This document shows positions 14,477 to 23,058 of a stretch of 25,218 bases of DNA, piece by piece. Every line of letters begins with the position of its first letter. Position 1 is the stretch's first letter. Both the position numbers and the translations under genes were made by a program. Under the pieces are notes generated by a model that was given only the letters and a program-made list of their open reading frames with translations, made no database searches and was not told the origin of the DNA. Source of the DNA: a virus (lineage: Duplodnaviria; Heunggongvirae; Uroviricota; Caudoviricetes); the IMG/VR virus record IMGVR_UViG_3300035492_000080, positions 64,001 to 89,218 of that record. One strand, written 5' to 3'.

Positions 14477-14622
14477 TGTACACAAAAGCTGTCAAATATA
14501 GAGATGTATGGCTAGCTCCCGGTTCTGAAGCATATTCTCTGTATGGGGCTAAAGACTGGAAGAAGTTAGATGCTCTTCTAAAACAGACAGATACTGCAAA
14601 AAGGAAATTGGAGGGTAAATGA
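14476..14622 (+). CDS. hypothetical protein (48 aa)
   Basis: TAATG coupling: MYTKAVKYRDVWLAPGSEAYSLYGAKDWKKLDALLKQTDTAKRKLEGK. Confidence 0.7.
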   Translation: MYTKAVKYRDVWLAPGSEAYSLYGAKDWKKLDALLKQTDTAKRKLEGK

Positions 14623-14795
14623 AGAAGTTTAATGCTAAGCGTCAAAAAGGTGCTGTGAAAGCAGCACAATCCCGTTGGCAAGGATTGGCAAAGATTTTGA
14701 ATCTTTGTGCCCGTGCCCAACACACTGCAAATGTTTCATCTGTTGTAGATTCTTTCCACGCAGTTGATTTGCTTGCTCATCAGAAGAACATTTGA
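14619..14795 (+). CDS. hypothetical basic protein (58 aa)
   Basis: GGAGG RBS, ATGA overlap: MKKFNAKRQKGAVKAAQSRWQGLAKIL... Confidence 0.7.
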   Translation: MKKFNAKRQKGAVKAAQSRWQGLAKILNLCARAQHTANVSSVVDSFHAVDLLAHQKNI

Positions 14796-14840
14796 TTACG
14801 CCATCTGTAAATGGTTAACTTAATTTAGGAGAAATAAGTA

Positions 14841-15728
14841 ATGGCTTTTAAACCAAAAACCGGCAACACCAATACCAATAATGCTGGCAAGCGCGACAGC
14901 AATATGAAGTTCCCTGAGCCTAAAGCAGGCAACCGCCCTGCTCGCGTCTCGCTGATTGTAGACCTTGGCCTGCAAGAACGTAAGGACTTCGAAGACCCTA
15001 TTACTAAAGAGCTTAAGCCTCAGAAGCCAGCAGACCAGATTGCAATCTTCCTTGATCTTACAAATGATGTTGTAGATTATGGTGGAACGATTGGTATGCA
15101 ACCATATCGACTGATGCTCAATAAGAGTTTCGCTGGTGAGGTTGAGGGTATCAATTTTGGTATTGGTCCGGTTCGTGATCCACAAGGTCAGCCAATCCAA
15201 GGCCGTCCGTGGAACTATCACCCAATGTCGATTATCACTAAGTTGGCAAAGGCCGCTAAGTGTACTCCGATTCTGGAAGGTAGTAACCTTGATCTTGAAC
15301 AGCTTCTCAACCAGCCGATGATGGCGATGGTTGAAGTGAAGAAGACCGAGGACAAGAACGGTAAGAAGGATGAAAACGGGAAAGTTATCACCTACACCAA
15401 TGTGAATTTCCGTGGTGTAAGTGAGCTGCCGGAGATGCCGGATGGCAGTGCATGGCCTGTCCCTGAACTACAGAATGCACCCCGCGTAATCTCTTTTGAC
15501 AACGCCACCGCCGAAGACATCAAGTTCATTCGTCGAGACATTCTGAAGAAAATCAAACTGGCCCTTAACTATGAGGGTAGTCAGATTCAGAAGGCAATTC
15601 AGGAATTTGAGGCATCGCAACCGGGCAATTATGTCAACAATGATAAGCCGGTTGTTAATAAGAAGGCAGAGGTAGAGGAATCACCAATGCCAGACTATGA
15701 CAGCTTCGATGATGACACACCGTTTTAA
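14841..15728 (+). CDS. putative single-stranded DNA-binding / replication protein
   Basis: Located between polymerase and exonuclease; RVSLIVDLGLQ beta-rich core; acidic tail ending DYDSFDDDTPF. Confidence 0.65.
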   Translation: MAFKPKTGNTNTNNAGKRDSNMKFPEPKAGNRPARVSLIVDLGLQERKDFEDPITKELKPQKPADQIAIFLDLTNDVVDYGGTIGMQPYRLMLNKSFAGEVEGINFGIGPVRDPQGQPIQGRPWNYHPMSIITKLAKAAKCTPILEGSNLDLEQLLNQPMMAMVEVKKTEDKNGKKDENGKVITYTNVNFRGVSELPEMPDGSAWPVPELQNAPRVISFDNATAEDIKFIRRDILKKIKLALNYEGSQIQKAIQEFEASQPGNYVNNDKPVVNKKAEVEESPMPDYDSFDDDTPF

Positions 15729-15740
15729 GTGATGGGTGCT

Positions 15741-15763
15741 GGGGCTGGAAACAGCCCCTTTCT
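15741..15763 (+). terminator. Rho-independent terminator
   Basis: GGGGCTG-GAAA-CAGCCCC followed by TTTCT. Confidence 0.75.
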
Positions 15764-15777
15764 AAAAGGAGGAAATT

Positions 15778-15903
15778 TTGGAAAAACTATATGACGTTAC
15801 GATTGAAAAACTGAAAGAGGCCATCAACGAAGGTAATCTTGATGCTGCTGAAGTTTATAGTCGAATTCTTCAACGCATCGCTCCAATTGTTGCAATCAAG
15901 TAA
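15778..15903 (+). CDS. hypothetical protein (41 aa)
   Basis: AGGAGG RBS, TTG start: MEKLYDVTIEKLKEAINEGNLDAAEVYSRILQRIAPIVAIK. Confidence 0.7.
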   Translation: MEKLYDVTIEKLKEAINEGNLDAAEVYSRILQRIAPIVAIK

Positions 15904-15909
15904 GGAGGA

Positions 15910-16374
15910 ATGATGGCATTTCGTTCTGGGGGTTTTCGTTCTTTCAGCAGCAGTCGAAGCTTCTCTACTTCAAGTGGGCGAAGCTACGCAATCAAGAGTC
16001 CTAAAGTAAGTAGTCCTGCAAAGGCCTATAAGAGCTATCCTAAGCCCACTTATGGTGGAGGATATGCGAAGGATAGCTTCGGGCGAGATATCGTTCAAGG
16101 AGCTGCTGTAGGAGCTGCTACAGGCATTGGCGCTGGTGTTGGTATGGGTGTTGTAAACAACCTGATGAATCCAACTCCACAAGTGGTTTATAGTGGGGTT
16201 GCTCCACAAGTAGCGAATCAGCCGTTGCAGACATATACACAACAACCGGCCCAAACATACCAACAAGTACCATACCAAGACAATAGTTGGTCTTTCAGTA
16301 GCGTACTTCTGACAATCACTATCCTAAGTGTCGGTGGCTGGCTGATTTTTAAGAAATTGGGAGATAAGATTTGA
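15910..16374 (+). CDS. low-complexity membrane protein
   Basis: Ser/Arg-rich N-terminus, Gly/Ala-rich helix GAAVGAATGIGAGVGMG, Gln/Pro linker, C-terminal TM segment. Confidence 0.75.
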   Translation: MMAFRSGGFRSFSSSRSFSTSSGRSYAIKSPKVSSPAKAYKSYPKPTYGGGYAKDSFGRDIVQGAAVGAATGIGAGVGMGVVNNLMNPTPQVVYSGVAPQVANQPLQTYTQQPAQTYQQVPYQDNSWSFSSVLLTITILSVGGWLIFKKLGDKI

Positions 16375-16553
16375 AAGTAAATGAGTTAATTGATCTGCTT
16401 AAAAGTTACCCAGAAGAGGCTGAAGTGAAGCTTCTAGTTGTTGAGGATCGTGAGGATCAGTCCTCACTTCTTCATGAACTAGAAATTAGTGATATTTTTA
16501 TGGCTGTTTCAGAGAATTGCGAATCTGAAACTGAAGTTGTTTTCATTGCATAA
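16371..16553 (+). CDS. acidic hypothetical protein
   Basis: MKVNELIDLLKSYPEEAEV-type N-terminus; overlaps the previous stop. Confidence 0.7.
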   Translation: MKVNELIDLLKSYPEEAEVKLLVVEDREDQSSLLHELEISDIFMAVSENCESETEVVFIA

Positions 16554-16573
16554 TTGATATAGGAGATTTATAA

Positions 16574-16804
16574 ATGACTGATATGACTAAACTGGAAAAC
16601 TATGTAAACGAAGTGAAAGTTGGTATGCTGCGTCGTAAAGATGCTACTTCCTTTATTCGTGATGTAATGGAAGCTGCCAAGGCAGATGGCTTCAAGCCAA
16701 AAGAGATTCGTAATCTAGCTAAACTTGCTCTGTCCGTTGACGCAGCAGAACAAAAAGCCGAAATGGCTGAGCTGCTCGATAAAGCTGAAGCTCTTAATAT
16801 CTAA
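16574..16804 (+). CDS. GapR/DUF2312- or T4 DsbA-like small dsDNA-binding protein
   Basis: IRDVMEAAKADGFKPKEIRNLAKL matches the IKD...AK..GFD.K.....L pattern of these families; AGGAG RBS. Confidence 0.65.
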   Translation: MTDMTKLENYVNEVKVGMLRRKDATSFIRDVMEAAKADGFKPKEIRNLAKLALSVDAAEQKAEMAELLDKAEALNI

Positions 16805-16819
16805 TTAGAAATGTTTAAT

Positions 16820-16868
16820 GGCTGGGACCGGGCAGAAGAAATTCTCCCCGCTCCCAGCTTTTTGTTTT
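16820..16868 (+). terminator. multi-stem hairpin with U tail (terminator or RNA processing site)
   Basis: GCTGGGA/TCCCAGC, CGGG/CCCG and AGAA-GAAA-TTCT stems, followed by TTTTTGTTTT. Confidence 0.6.
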
Positions 16869-16877
16869 GGGGGTATT

Positions 16878-17822
16878 ATGAAACGAACACTCTATATTGA
16901 TGCAGACACGGTTTTGTATTCCAGTGCTGCACAACAGCAAAAGAACAATTGCCTTGCGAAACATATAAGTGGTGAAGAGAAAATTTGGGAAAGTAAGACA
17001 GAATTCAATTCTTGGGCTTCAGAAAACAATATTGACAAGAGCGAGTACACTTTCGAAGTGGTTAGTAAGTTAGTTGGTGTCCCTGCCTTTGCTTTCCAAT
17101 CCATTCGTCAGAAAATTGAAAAAATTGTTTATGCGTCTGGGTGCGATGAATATTATGTCTGTATCCAAGGGAGTGGTAATTTCAGAAATGATTATGTCAC
17201 TCCACATGTTGAGTATAAGGGTCATCGAGTAGCAAAGCCTATCCTGTTCAACGAGTGCTTTGATTACACAAAGAAGAAGTGGGGTGATAATTGTATTATC
17301 TCTTCAGGAATTGAGACGGATGATTTTGTGGTGACTAAAGGGTGGGAATCCTACAATATGGGCGTTGCTAAGCGTGATCGAGATGCCTGCCCATATGTGA
17401 TTGCATATGTTGATAAAGACATTATTGCAAACTCCCGAGGATGGCATCTAAATTACAATAAACTAGAAAATGGCGTGTTTTGGGTAGATGGGCTTACACA
17501 GTCGAGAAATTTCTTCACTCAAGTGTTGATTGGTGACACAGCTGATAACATTCCCGGCATTGTTGAATTGAGTGATGATATCAAGAAGAAGTGGGGAATC
17601 CGTACAAAAGGCTGTGGGCCTGCCAGCGCAAAGAAAATCCTTGGACAATGCAAGACAGAGGCCGAAATGGCAACTAACGTTGTAGAGGCTTATAGAAGCT
17701 CTTGGCCTAATGATTGGTATTCCCGCCTGAGAGACAATTGTTTCTTTCTCTACTTGCAGCGCGAGGAAGGTGAAATCTTCGATGTTGATAAATTCTTTGG
17801 GCAGTATGGAGTGGTGTTGTAA
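16878..17822 (+). CDS. 5'-3' exonuclease (T7 gp6/FEN-like)
   Basis: LYIDAD, GSGNFR, YKGHR, IETDD, DKD, GDTADNIPG; GGGGG RBS supports ATG 16878. Confidence 0.9.
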   Translation: MKRTLYIDADTVLYSSAAQQQKNNCLAKHISGEEKIWESKTEFNSWASENNIDKSEYTFEVVSKLVGVPAFAFQSIRQKIEKIVYASGCDEYYVCIQGSGNFRNDYVTPHVEYKGHRVAKPILFNECFDYTKKKWGDNCIISSGIETDDFVVTKGWESYNMGVAKRDRDACPYVIAYVDKDIIANSRGWHLNYNKLENGVFWVDGLTQSRNFFTQVLIGDTADNIPGIVELSDDIKKKWGIRTKGCGPASAKKILGQCKTEAEMATNVVEAYRSSWPNDWYSRLRDNCFFLYLQREEGEIFDVDKFFGQYGVVL

Positions 17823-18112
17823 TGAAACCTGCAAGGAAAATTAAAACTATGTGGGCGACTTGGGGGTTAAAGGATGGTACTCCAGTCCGTGATCTGGTTG
17901 CAGACATTTTGAAACTCTTAGAAGAACATGGAGACTCCTTAACTGTTGATGGATATTTTGATATTGATCTAAAATATGAACGTTTGGAAAACGATACTGA
18001 ATATAATAATCGGATCAATTATGAGGCTAGAGAAATTGATCGAGAAAAGAATCTACTAAAAATTCTTTTAGATAAATATGGATTACCCACGGAGGATTTG
18101 AAAAATGGATGA
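17822..18112 (+). CDS. hypothetical protein, paralog of 18105-18470
   Basis: TAATG coupling; shared motifs with its neighbour. Confidence 0.75.
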   Translation: MKPARKIKTMWATWGLKDGTPVRDLVADILKLLEEHGDSLTVDGYFDIDLKYERLENDTEYNNRINYEAREIDREKNLLKILLDKYGLPTEDLKNG

Positions 18113-18470
18113 AGATTACAAGCAACGTAAGCAAAGGTGTGAATATGTCGATGTAGCCTCTGAATTTAATGGTGTCTCTCTGTCAGACCTCGTATCTAAC
18201 GTTTATATGTTGTTCGAGAGGTATGGTGGCGACGCCCAACTAGATATTACCACCGATGATGGCAGTGATGAATGTGAAATAGAACTTTGCTATTATCGTT
18301 GGGAAACTGATGATGAGATGGAAAAGCGAATTTCTTATAAAGAAAAACAGAGGGCTCTAGAAGAAGCTCGCCGTGCGAGGCAGGAGGCTGAAGACGCCCA
18401 GCGCAAAATGATAGAAGAAAGAGAAGAGCGTTTGCTTCTAAAAAGACTCAGGGAGAAATATGGAGAGTAA
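18105..18470 (+). CDS. hypothetical protein, paralog of 17822-18112, with coiled-coil insert
   Basis: GGAGG RBS; shared motifs. Confidence 0.75.
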   Translation: MDEDYKQRKQRCEYVDVASEFNGVSLSDLVSNVYMLFERYGGDAQLDITTDDGSDECEIELCYYRWETDDEMEKRISYKEKQRALEEARRARQEAEDAQRKMIEEREERLLLKRLREKYGE

Positions 18471-18999
18471 TATTTGGGATAAATACCCGGAAATCTGGAA
18501 AACCCAAGCATCCTTTTTCTCTTGGATGAGGGGAGGGATACGTCGATCCCTCTGGAGCAAACACCCTGTGAAGTTAGAGTTCCTTAAGAAGAATCGTATA
18601 AAGATTCCTAATCCAAATCCAAGAGGTAAAGTGAAAACGGTTTGGGGCGGTGAGTGTGTTCTTTGCCTGAAAACCCTCCCACTCAATCAGATTGAAGTGG
18701 ATCATAAGAAAGGAAACCTCTCGTTGAATTGTGTAAGTGATATTCAATCTTTTATCGAGGGGATCGTTCTTATTACTGAGGACGATCTGCAACTTTGCTG
18801 TAAAGCCTGTCATAAGGCAAAGAGCTATAGTGAAAAGCAGGGAATGTCTTTCAAAGAGGCTTTGATTGAAAAACAAATTATCCAGATTATTAAAGATAAG
18901 AAAGATAAAGAGTGGTTGATTGCAGAAGGAGTTTTACCTGAGTCAAACGCCAAGAAACGTAGAGCGCAGATTAGGAAAATAATGGAGGGAATGTTATGA
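18460..18999 (+). CDS. HNH-family endonuclease
   Basis: CVLC, EVDH, QLCCKACHKAKS. Confidence 0.8.
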   Translation: MESNIWDKYPEIWKTQASFFSWMRGGIRRSLWSKHPVKLEFLKKNRIKIPNPNPRGKVKTVWGGECVLCLKTLPLNQIEVDHKKGNLSLNCVSDIQSFIEGIVLITEDDLQLCCKACHKAKSYSEKQGMSFKEALIEKQIIQIIKDKKDKEWLIAEGVLPESNAKKRRAQIRKIMEGML

Positions 19000-19364
19000 C
19001 TGATTTGAAAATGGTCGAGATAAGTGTTGTAACTGAAACTGAGGCTGTTGCCTATCCGGTGTTTGGAAGGGTGTCAACATCAAGCGCCCACAACATGATT
19101 GCTGGTGGTGTAAACAATGGGTACAAAACTATTGTGAAGAAAGCAGTTTATGGTCCATTTGAACACATCGACGTTTATGGAACTGTAATTGTTGCAAAGA
19201 AAAATGGCTGGGCCAGTGACGCGCAGGCCGTAATCCAACTTCCACAAGGAGCCTCATATGTAATCAGAGATGCTTCAAGTGATGAAGAGCTTGTCAATCT
19301 AGTATCCACGATGAGTAGTGATCAGTTGGAGATTCTGAGGAATTTCATTAAAACAGCAGTATAG
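18996..19364 (+). CDS. hypothetical protein
   Basis: GGAGG RBS, ATGA overlap. Confidence 0.7.
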   Translation: MTDLKMVEISVVTETEAVAYPVFGRVSTSSAHNMIAGGVNNGYKTIVKKAVYGPFEHIDVYGTVIVAKKNGWASDAQAVIQLPQGASYVIRDASSDEELVNLVSTMSSDQLEILRNFIKTAV

Positions 19365-19372
19365 GAGGTTAG

Positions 19373-20152
19373 ATGAGTAGAATTTTAGTTATTGGTGACA
19401 CTCAAGTTAAACCGAACCATGACCTAAGTTACATCAGTCACATTGGCAAATACATTGTTGATAAACGGCCGGAGACAGTTGTCATGATTGGGGATTGGTG
19501 GGACTTTGAGTCCCTGTCCTCCTATGATCGTGGAAAGAAGAGTTTTGAGGGTCGTAGATTGCTAGCTGATATTCAAGCAGGTCATGATGGTATGGAGCTT
19601 CTTTTTGCTCCACTGAAAACCCTTCAAGATCAACAGAGGCGCTTCAAGAAAAAAGTATACGAACCAAGGCTTGTTTTTTGCATGGGTAATCATGAAGAGC
19701 GTGCTGATCGGGTAGCGAATGATATGCCCGAGTTCGAAGGATTTGTAGGAACCGATATGTTAAACCTTGAACAATACGGTTGGGAGGTGTATAATTTTCT
19801 TCAACCCGTTGAAATCGAAGGAATTTATTTTGTTCACTATCTTGCAAATCCATTCACGGGTAGGCCATATTCCGGTACAGCAATGTCGATTCTCAAGACG
19901 GTTGGGAAAAGCTTTGTTGTAGGACATAAGCAGTGTTTGGACGTAGCCATTCGTCCTACGATTGATAACAAGATGCAGATTGGTATCGTCAATGGGGCCT
20001 CTTATCCACATGATGAAAGTTACAAGGGATATCAGGGCAATAACCACTTCCGTGGAATCACTTTGCTAAATGAAGCAGAGGATGGGTTTGCTCTGCCTTG
20101 CTTTGTGTCTATGGAATTCCTTGAAAAGAAATACGGAGGTAAAAGTGTGTGA
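19373..20152 (+). CDS. calcineurin-like metallophosphoesterase
   Basis: IGDTQ, IGDWWD, GNHE, VH, GHKQ. Confidence 0.9.
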   Translation: MSRILVIGDTQVKPNHDLSYISHIGKYIVDKRPETVVMIGDWWDFESLSSYDRGKKSFEGRRLLADIQAGHDGMELLFAPLKTLQDQQRRFKKKVYEPRLVFCMGNHEERADRVANDMPEFEGFVGTDMLNLEQYGWEVYNFLQPVEIEGIYFVHYLANPFTGRPYSGTAMSILKTVGKSFVVGHKQCLDVAIRPTIDNKMQIGIVNGASYPHDESYKGYQGNNHFRGITLLNEAEDGFALPCFVSMEFLEKKYGGKSV

Positions 20153-20225
20153 GTGGGAGCCTGTCCATAAGGATGATGATGAGTACAATGATGATGGTTG
20201 GGGTCCATTCCCAAGAAAAATTTAA
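20145..20225 (+). CDS. tiny acidic peptide (26 aa)
   Basis: GGAGG RBS plus GTG: MCEWEPVHKDDDEYNDDGWGPFPRKI. Confidence 0.5.
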   Translation: MCEWEPVHKDDDEYNDDGWGPFPRKI

Positions 20226-20236
20226 GGAGGTGAGTT

Positions 20237-20371
20237 GTGGAAGAGCGTATGCACACAGACGATCTATTTCGGTGGATTGCCGATTGGATGGTAGCTAATG
20301 ACCTTGAGTGTGGAGTCGAAGGTTCTGCTATTTTAAATGAAATTTTTAAACACATTGGGGAGGATGAATGA
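20237..20371 (+). CDS. small acidic protein (44 aa)
   Basis: AGGAGGT RBS plus GTG: MEERMHTDDLFRWIADWMVANDLECGVEGSAILNEIFKHIGEDE; ATGA overlap with the next gene. Confidence 0.7.
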   Translation: MEERMHTDDLFRWIADWMVANDLECGVEGSAILNEIFKHIGEDE

Positions 20372-20700
20372 GTATTTTCTTGGCTTGGGTGATTGTTGGA
20401 TTTTGTTCTTTCCTGATTCAGCAGCACAATTTCAATAAGGTGTTGCCAAAATACGCCTTTGGTATTCTGGTGGCTGATAAGATTGAAACTCACGGTAAAG
20501 GTGAAGCCTACAATCCAGATATGGTTGCGGCTCTAGACTTCTATGTCCGCCTGACGGCTGGCGTTATTAGTATCATCATCGCTCCTTTCACTCTGTACCG
20601 GGCACTGATGTCAACTTTTGGTTTTAGACAAGGTAAAATTGAAAAGATTAAAAAGAAAGTTGATGAAATCGTTCGCAAACGTGGGCAACTGATTTTCTAA
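20368..20700 (+). CDS. membrane protein (two hydrophobic segments)
   Basis: IFLAWVIVGFCSFLI and LTAGVISIIIAPFTLY. Confidence 0.7.
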   Translation: MSIFLAWVIVGFCSFLIQQHNFNKVLPKYAFGILVADKIETHGKGEAYNPDMVAALDFYVRLTAGVISIIIAPFTLYRALMSTFGFRQGKIEKIKKKVDEIVRKRGQLIF

Positions 20701-20709
20701 GGAGGGAAT

Positions 20710-21192
20710 ATGATTAAGCGTCTACTCACCATCAGATATATTTGTAAAAAATATAAAGTTGATTATTCACTACTCTCTGTACTTGGAGTTAAATTTTTTA
20801 GAAAATCTGATGGCTGGGTAGAGCTTGATGGAGAGGGTGTTCCTGTACGGATTGGTGTAAACCCTTTCATGAAAAACTTCTACGAAACACTTTTACACGA
20901 GACTGGACACATTGTTCTTAATCGTTGTGGAAAGAATGGAAGATTTAAAGAAAATTACAAAGTGGACGGACCTGAAGAGCATTCTTGGATATTGAGAGTA
21001 GAAGAAGAGGCGTTGGCTAGTAAGTTTGCCATCCGTGTACTTAAAGGTGAGGCTAATGTTCAATACCTTGAAAAATGTTGGCATACCTATACAAGGCATG
21101 TCACCACAGCCTATAGAACAAGTCCTGTATTTATGACACTTATTGACACTATTGGTAAGAATTCAAAAATCTTCTGGAGGAACAAATGGTAA
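20710..21192 (+). CDS. HExxH zinc metallopeptidase-like protein (ImmA/IrrE-like)
   Basis: TLLHETGHI plus downstream EEEALASKFA. Confidence 0.7.
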   Translation: MIKRLLTIRYICKKYKVDYSLLSVLGVKFFRKSDGWVELDGEGVPVRIGVNPFMKNFYETLLHETGHIVLNRCGKNGRFKENYKVDGPEEHSWILRVEEEALASKFAIRVLKGEANVQYLEKCWHTYTRHVTTAYRTSPVFMTLIDTIGKNSKIFWRNKW

Positions 21193-21761
21193 AAGTTGCA
21201 GCAATTGATTGCGACCAAACTGTAGTGGACTCGGCCTATCCGTGGTATGAGTGGTTGGAGCTGAAAACAAAAGCAGGCTATGAATATAGAGACGTTTGCT
21301 CCACCTATAACTTCTCAGATGTGTACGCTGAGATTTGGCGTGATAAGGAAATTAGTGGCCACCCTTATGATTTCTGGCGTGGTAAGAATATCTATGACAA
21401 TCTATACCCTTTGCCGGGAAGTGTTGAAGCACTCGCAGCTCTGAAAGAACGTGGGTGGGACATTGTGTTTGTTTCCACTATCAAGGGCGATCATCACAAG
21501 AGTAAATACAATTTCCTGAAAAAGCATTTTCCATTCATGGATGGGTTCATTGCAACCAAGGAAAAGGGGTATGTGAATGCGCGCCTTGTGATTGATGACA
21601 GAAACTCTTGTCTCAATCTCTTTGGAGAAGATGTGATTAAAATTAAGAAAGTGACACCTTTCGACCAAGATGTTGCTTTGAATGGGGATGGAGCTTTTGC
21701 ATCTTTTAATTATTGGAGTACATTTAAAGCTTACATTAAAAATGGAACATTTGATTTCTAG
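21186..21761 (+). CDS. HAD-superfamily 5'(3')-deoxyribonucleotidase-like protein
   Basis: IDCDQTVVD (motif I), PLPGS.EAL, FVST, K...L..HFPF, VIDDR. Confidence 0.85.
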   Translation: MVKVAAIDCDQTVVDSAYPWYEWLELKTKAGYEYRDVCSTYNFSDVYAEIWRDKEISGHPYDFWRGKNIYDNLYPLPGSVEALAALKERGWDIVFVSTIKGDHHKSKYNFLKKHFPFMDGFIATKEKGYVNARLVIDDRNSCLNLFGEDVIKIKKVTPFDQDVALNGDGAFASFNYWSTFKAYIKNGTFDF

Positions 21762-21769
21762 GAGGAAGA

Positions 21770-21994
21770 ATGCTTGTAGATAAGATGGATCAACAAATTG
21801 AAGTTGGACAGTGGGTAATTAAACCTTGGGACGGGTCTTTTGACCTTGGAAAAGTGGTTAAAGTTACTGACCACACGTTCACATATGAGTATACTGATTG
21901 GCGTGGAAATAGGAGTACAAGTATTTGTAAGGTGCCTTGGAGATGCCTTGTAATCCCTGAAATCCTCGCAAACTATTGGAGTATTCTGAAATGA
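21770..21994 (+). CDS. hypothetical protein (SH3/KOW-like)
   Basis: D...QQIEVGQWV...LGKVVKVT; AGGAGG RBS. Confidence 0.7.
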   Translation: MLVDKMDQQIEVGQWVIKPWDGSFDLGKVVKVTDHTFTYEYTDWRGNRSTSICKVPWRCLVIPEILANYWSILK

Positions 21995-22653
21995 GGGTGG
22001 TTGGAGTTACAGGGAACAAGAGAAGTGGGAAGGATACGATTGGAAAGATTTTGCAAGAGAAAGGATATCAACCTCTAAGTTTTGCTAAGAAGTTGAAAGA
22101 TGCTGTTCACAAACATTCTTACGTCCATATTCATACTGTCTCTGGAGGTGATGAGAGTAGACGTGAAGAGGTGGGGAGTGTTATGATTCTGCTCCGGGAT
22201 ATCATTCGAATGGCCAAGTTCCTAGAATTTGATAGGAAACTCTACTACCCTTTCCAGTGCCGATTCCTAGAGGTATTTCAACCCTATGTAAGTATGGAAA
22301 CTGATCTTGGAGTTTCTTATAAAATGTCCGAGCGTACATACTTACAACTTCTTGGAACTGAAGTGTGTCGCTATTTTAAAGACAGTATTTGGGTTGACTT
22401 CATTCGTGATGAAATAGAGAATAATCCAAAGAATAAATATGTAATCACTGACGTTCGCTTTGACAATGAAGCAGAAATGATAACCGCCAATGGCGGTAAA
22501 GTTGTTTGTGTAGTGAGGGAGGGGATGGACGGTGATGGTCATGTTTCTGAGAAGGGTGTATCATCCCACCTCATTGATTTCATTATAGAAAATAATGGAA
22601 CATTTGAAGATTTGAGAGCGGAGATAAATAAAAATTGCAGTTTGAATATGTAA
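21991..22653 (+). CDS. deoxynucleoside monophosphate kinase
   Basis: GVTGNKRSGKDT P-loop, SFAKKLKD, RTYLQLLGTE, SIWVD, ITDVRFDNE. Confidence 0.9.
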   Translation: MRVVGVTGNKRSGKDTIGKILQEKGYQPLSFAKKLKDAVHKHSYVHIHTVSGGDESRREEVGSVMILLRDIIRMAKFLEFDRKLYYPFQCRFLEVFQPYVSMETDLGVSYKMSERTYLQLLGTEVCRYFKDSIWVDFIRDEIENNPKNKYVITDVRFDNEAEMITANGGKVVCVVREGMDGDGHVSEKGVSSHLIDFIIENNGTFEDLRAEINKNCSLNM

Positions 22654-22937
22654 TTAGTGAAGATAAGCAATGGTGTAAGGTTGTTTGGAGGGATAGCTTC
22701 ACACAAAACTATCTAGCCAAAGTTACCTTCACCCATACCAGACGACCATTTGAAGTATTTGTGACAGATGAGGTTAAGGGAGATGTCATCAATTTCATTG
22801 AGGCGGTATTCCCGCGTAAAAATGTGATGAGTTTTAAATCTGACATTGGGGCTGGAATGTTCCGAATTAACCAAACATTTAATACGCAAGAGGTGGAGCA
22901 GGTAATAAACTTCATTAATACGTTGGAAGGCCGTTAA
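22635..22937 (+). CDS. hypothetical protein
   Basis: ORF fills the gap between kinase and next gene; TTG start. Confidence 0.65.
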   Translation: MQFEYVISEDKQWCKVVWRDSFTQNYLAKVTFTHTRRPFEVFVTDEVKGDVINFIEAVFPRKNVMSFKSDIGAGMFRINQTFNTQEVEQVINFINTLEGR

Positions 22938-23050
22938 TGGAAGATTATCGACTAAAGAAAACAGTTGAAGAGCTTCAAGAGAAAGTGAAAATTCTTGAAA
23001 AGAAACTCGAAGAGCTTAGTAAAAGGCTCTGTGATGATGATTGTAAGTAG
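22937..23050 (+). CDS. short coiled-coil peptide (37 aa)
   Basis: TAATG coupling: MEDYRLKKTVEELQEKVKILEKKLEELSKRLCDDDCK. Confidence 0.6.
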   Translation: MEDYRLKKTVEELQEKVKILEKKLEELSKRLCDDDCK

Positions 23051-23058
23051 GAGGAATC

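Noticed and set aside
18460-18999. HNH gene as a second mobile homing element
   Set aside because: It overlaps both neighbours in the operon, has no flanking intron structure and resembles the resident nuclease typical of this gene order
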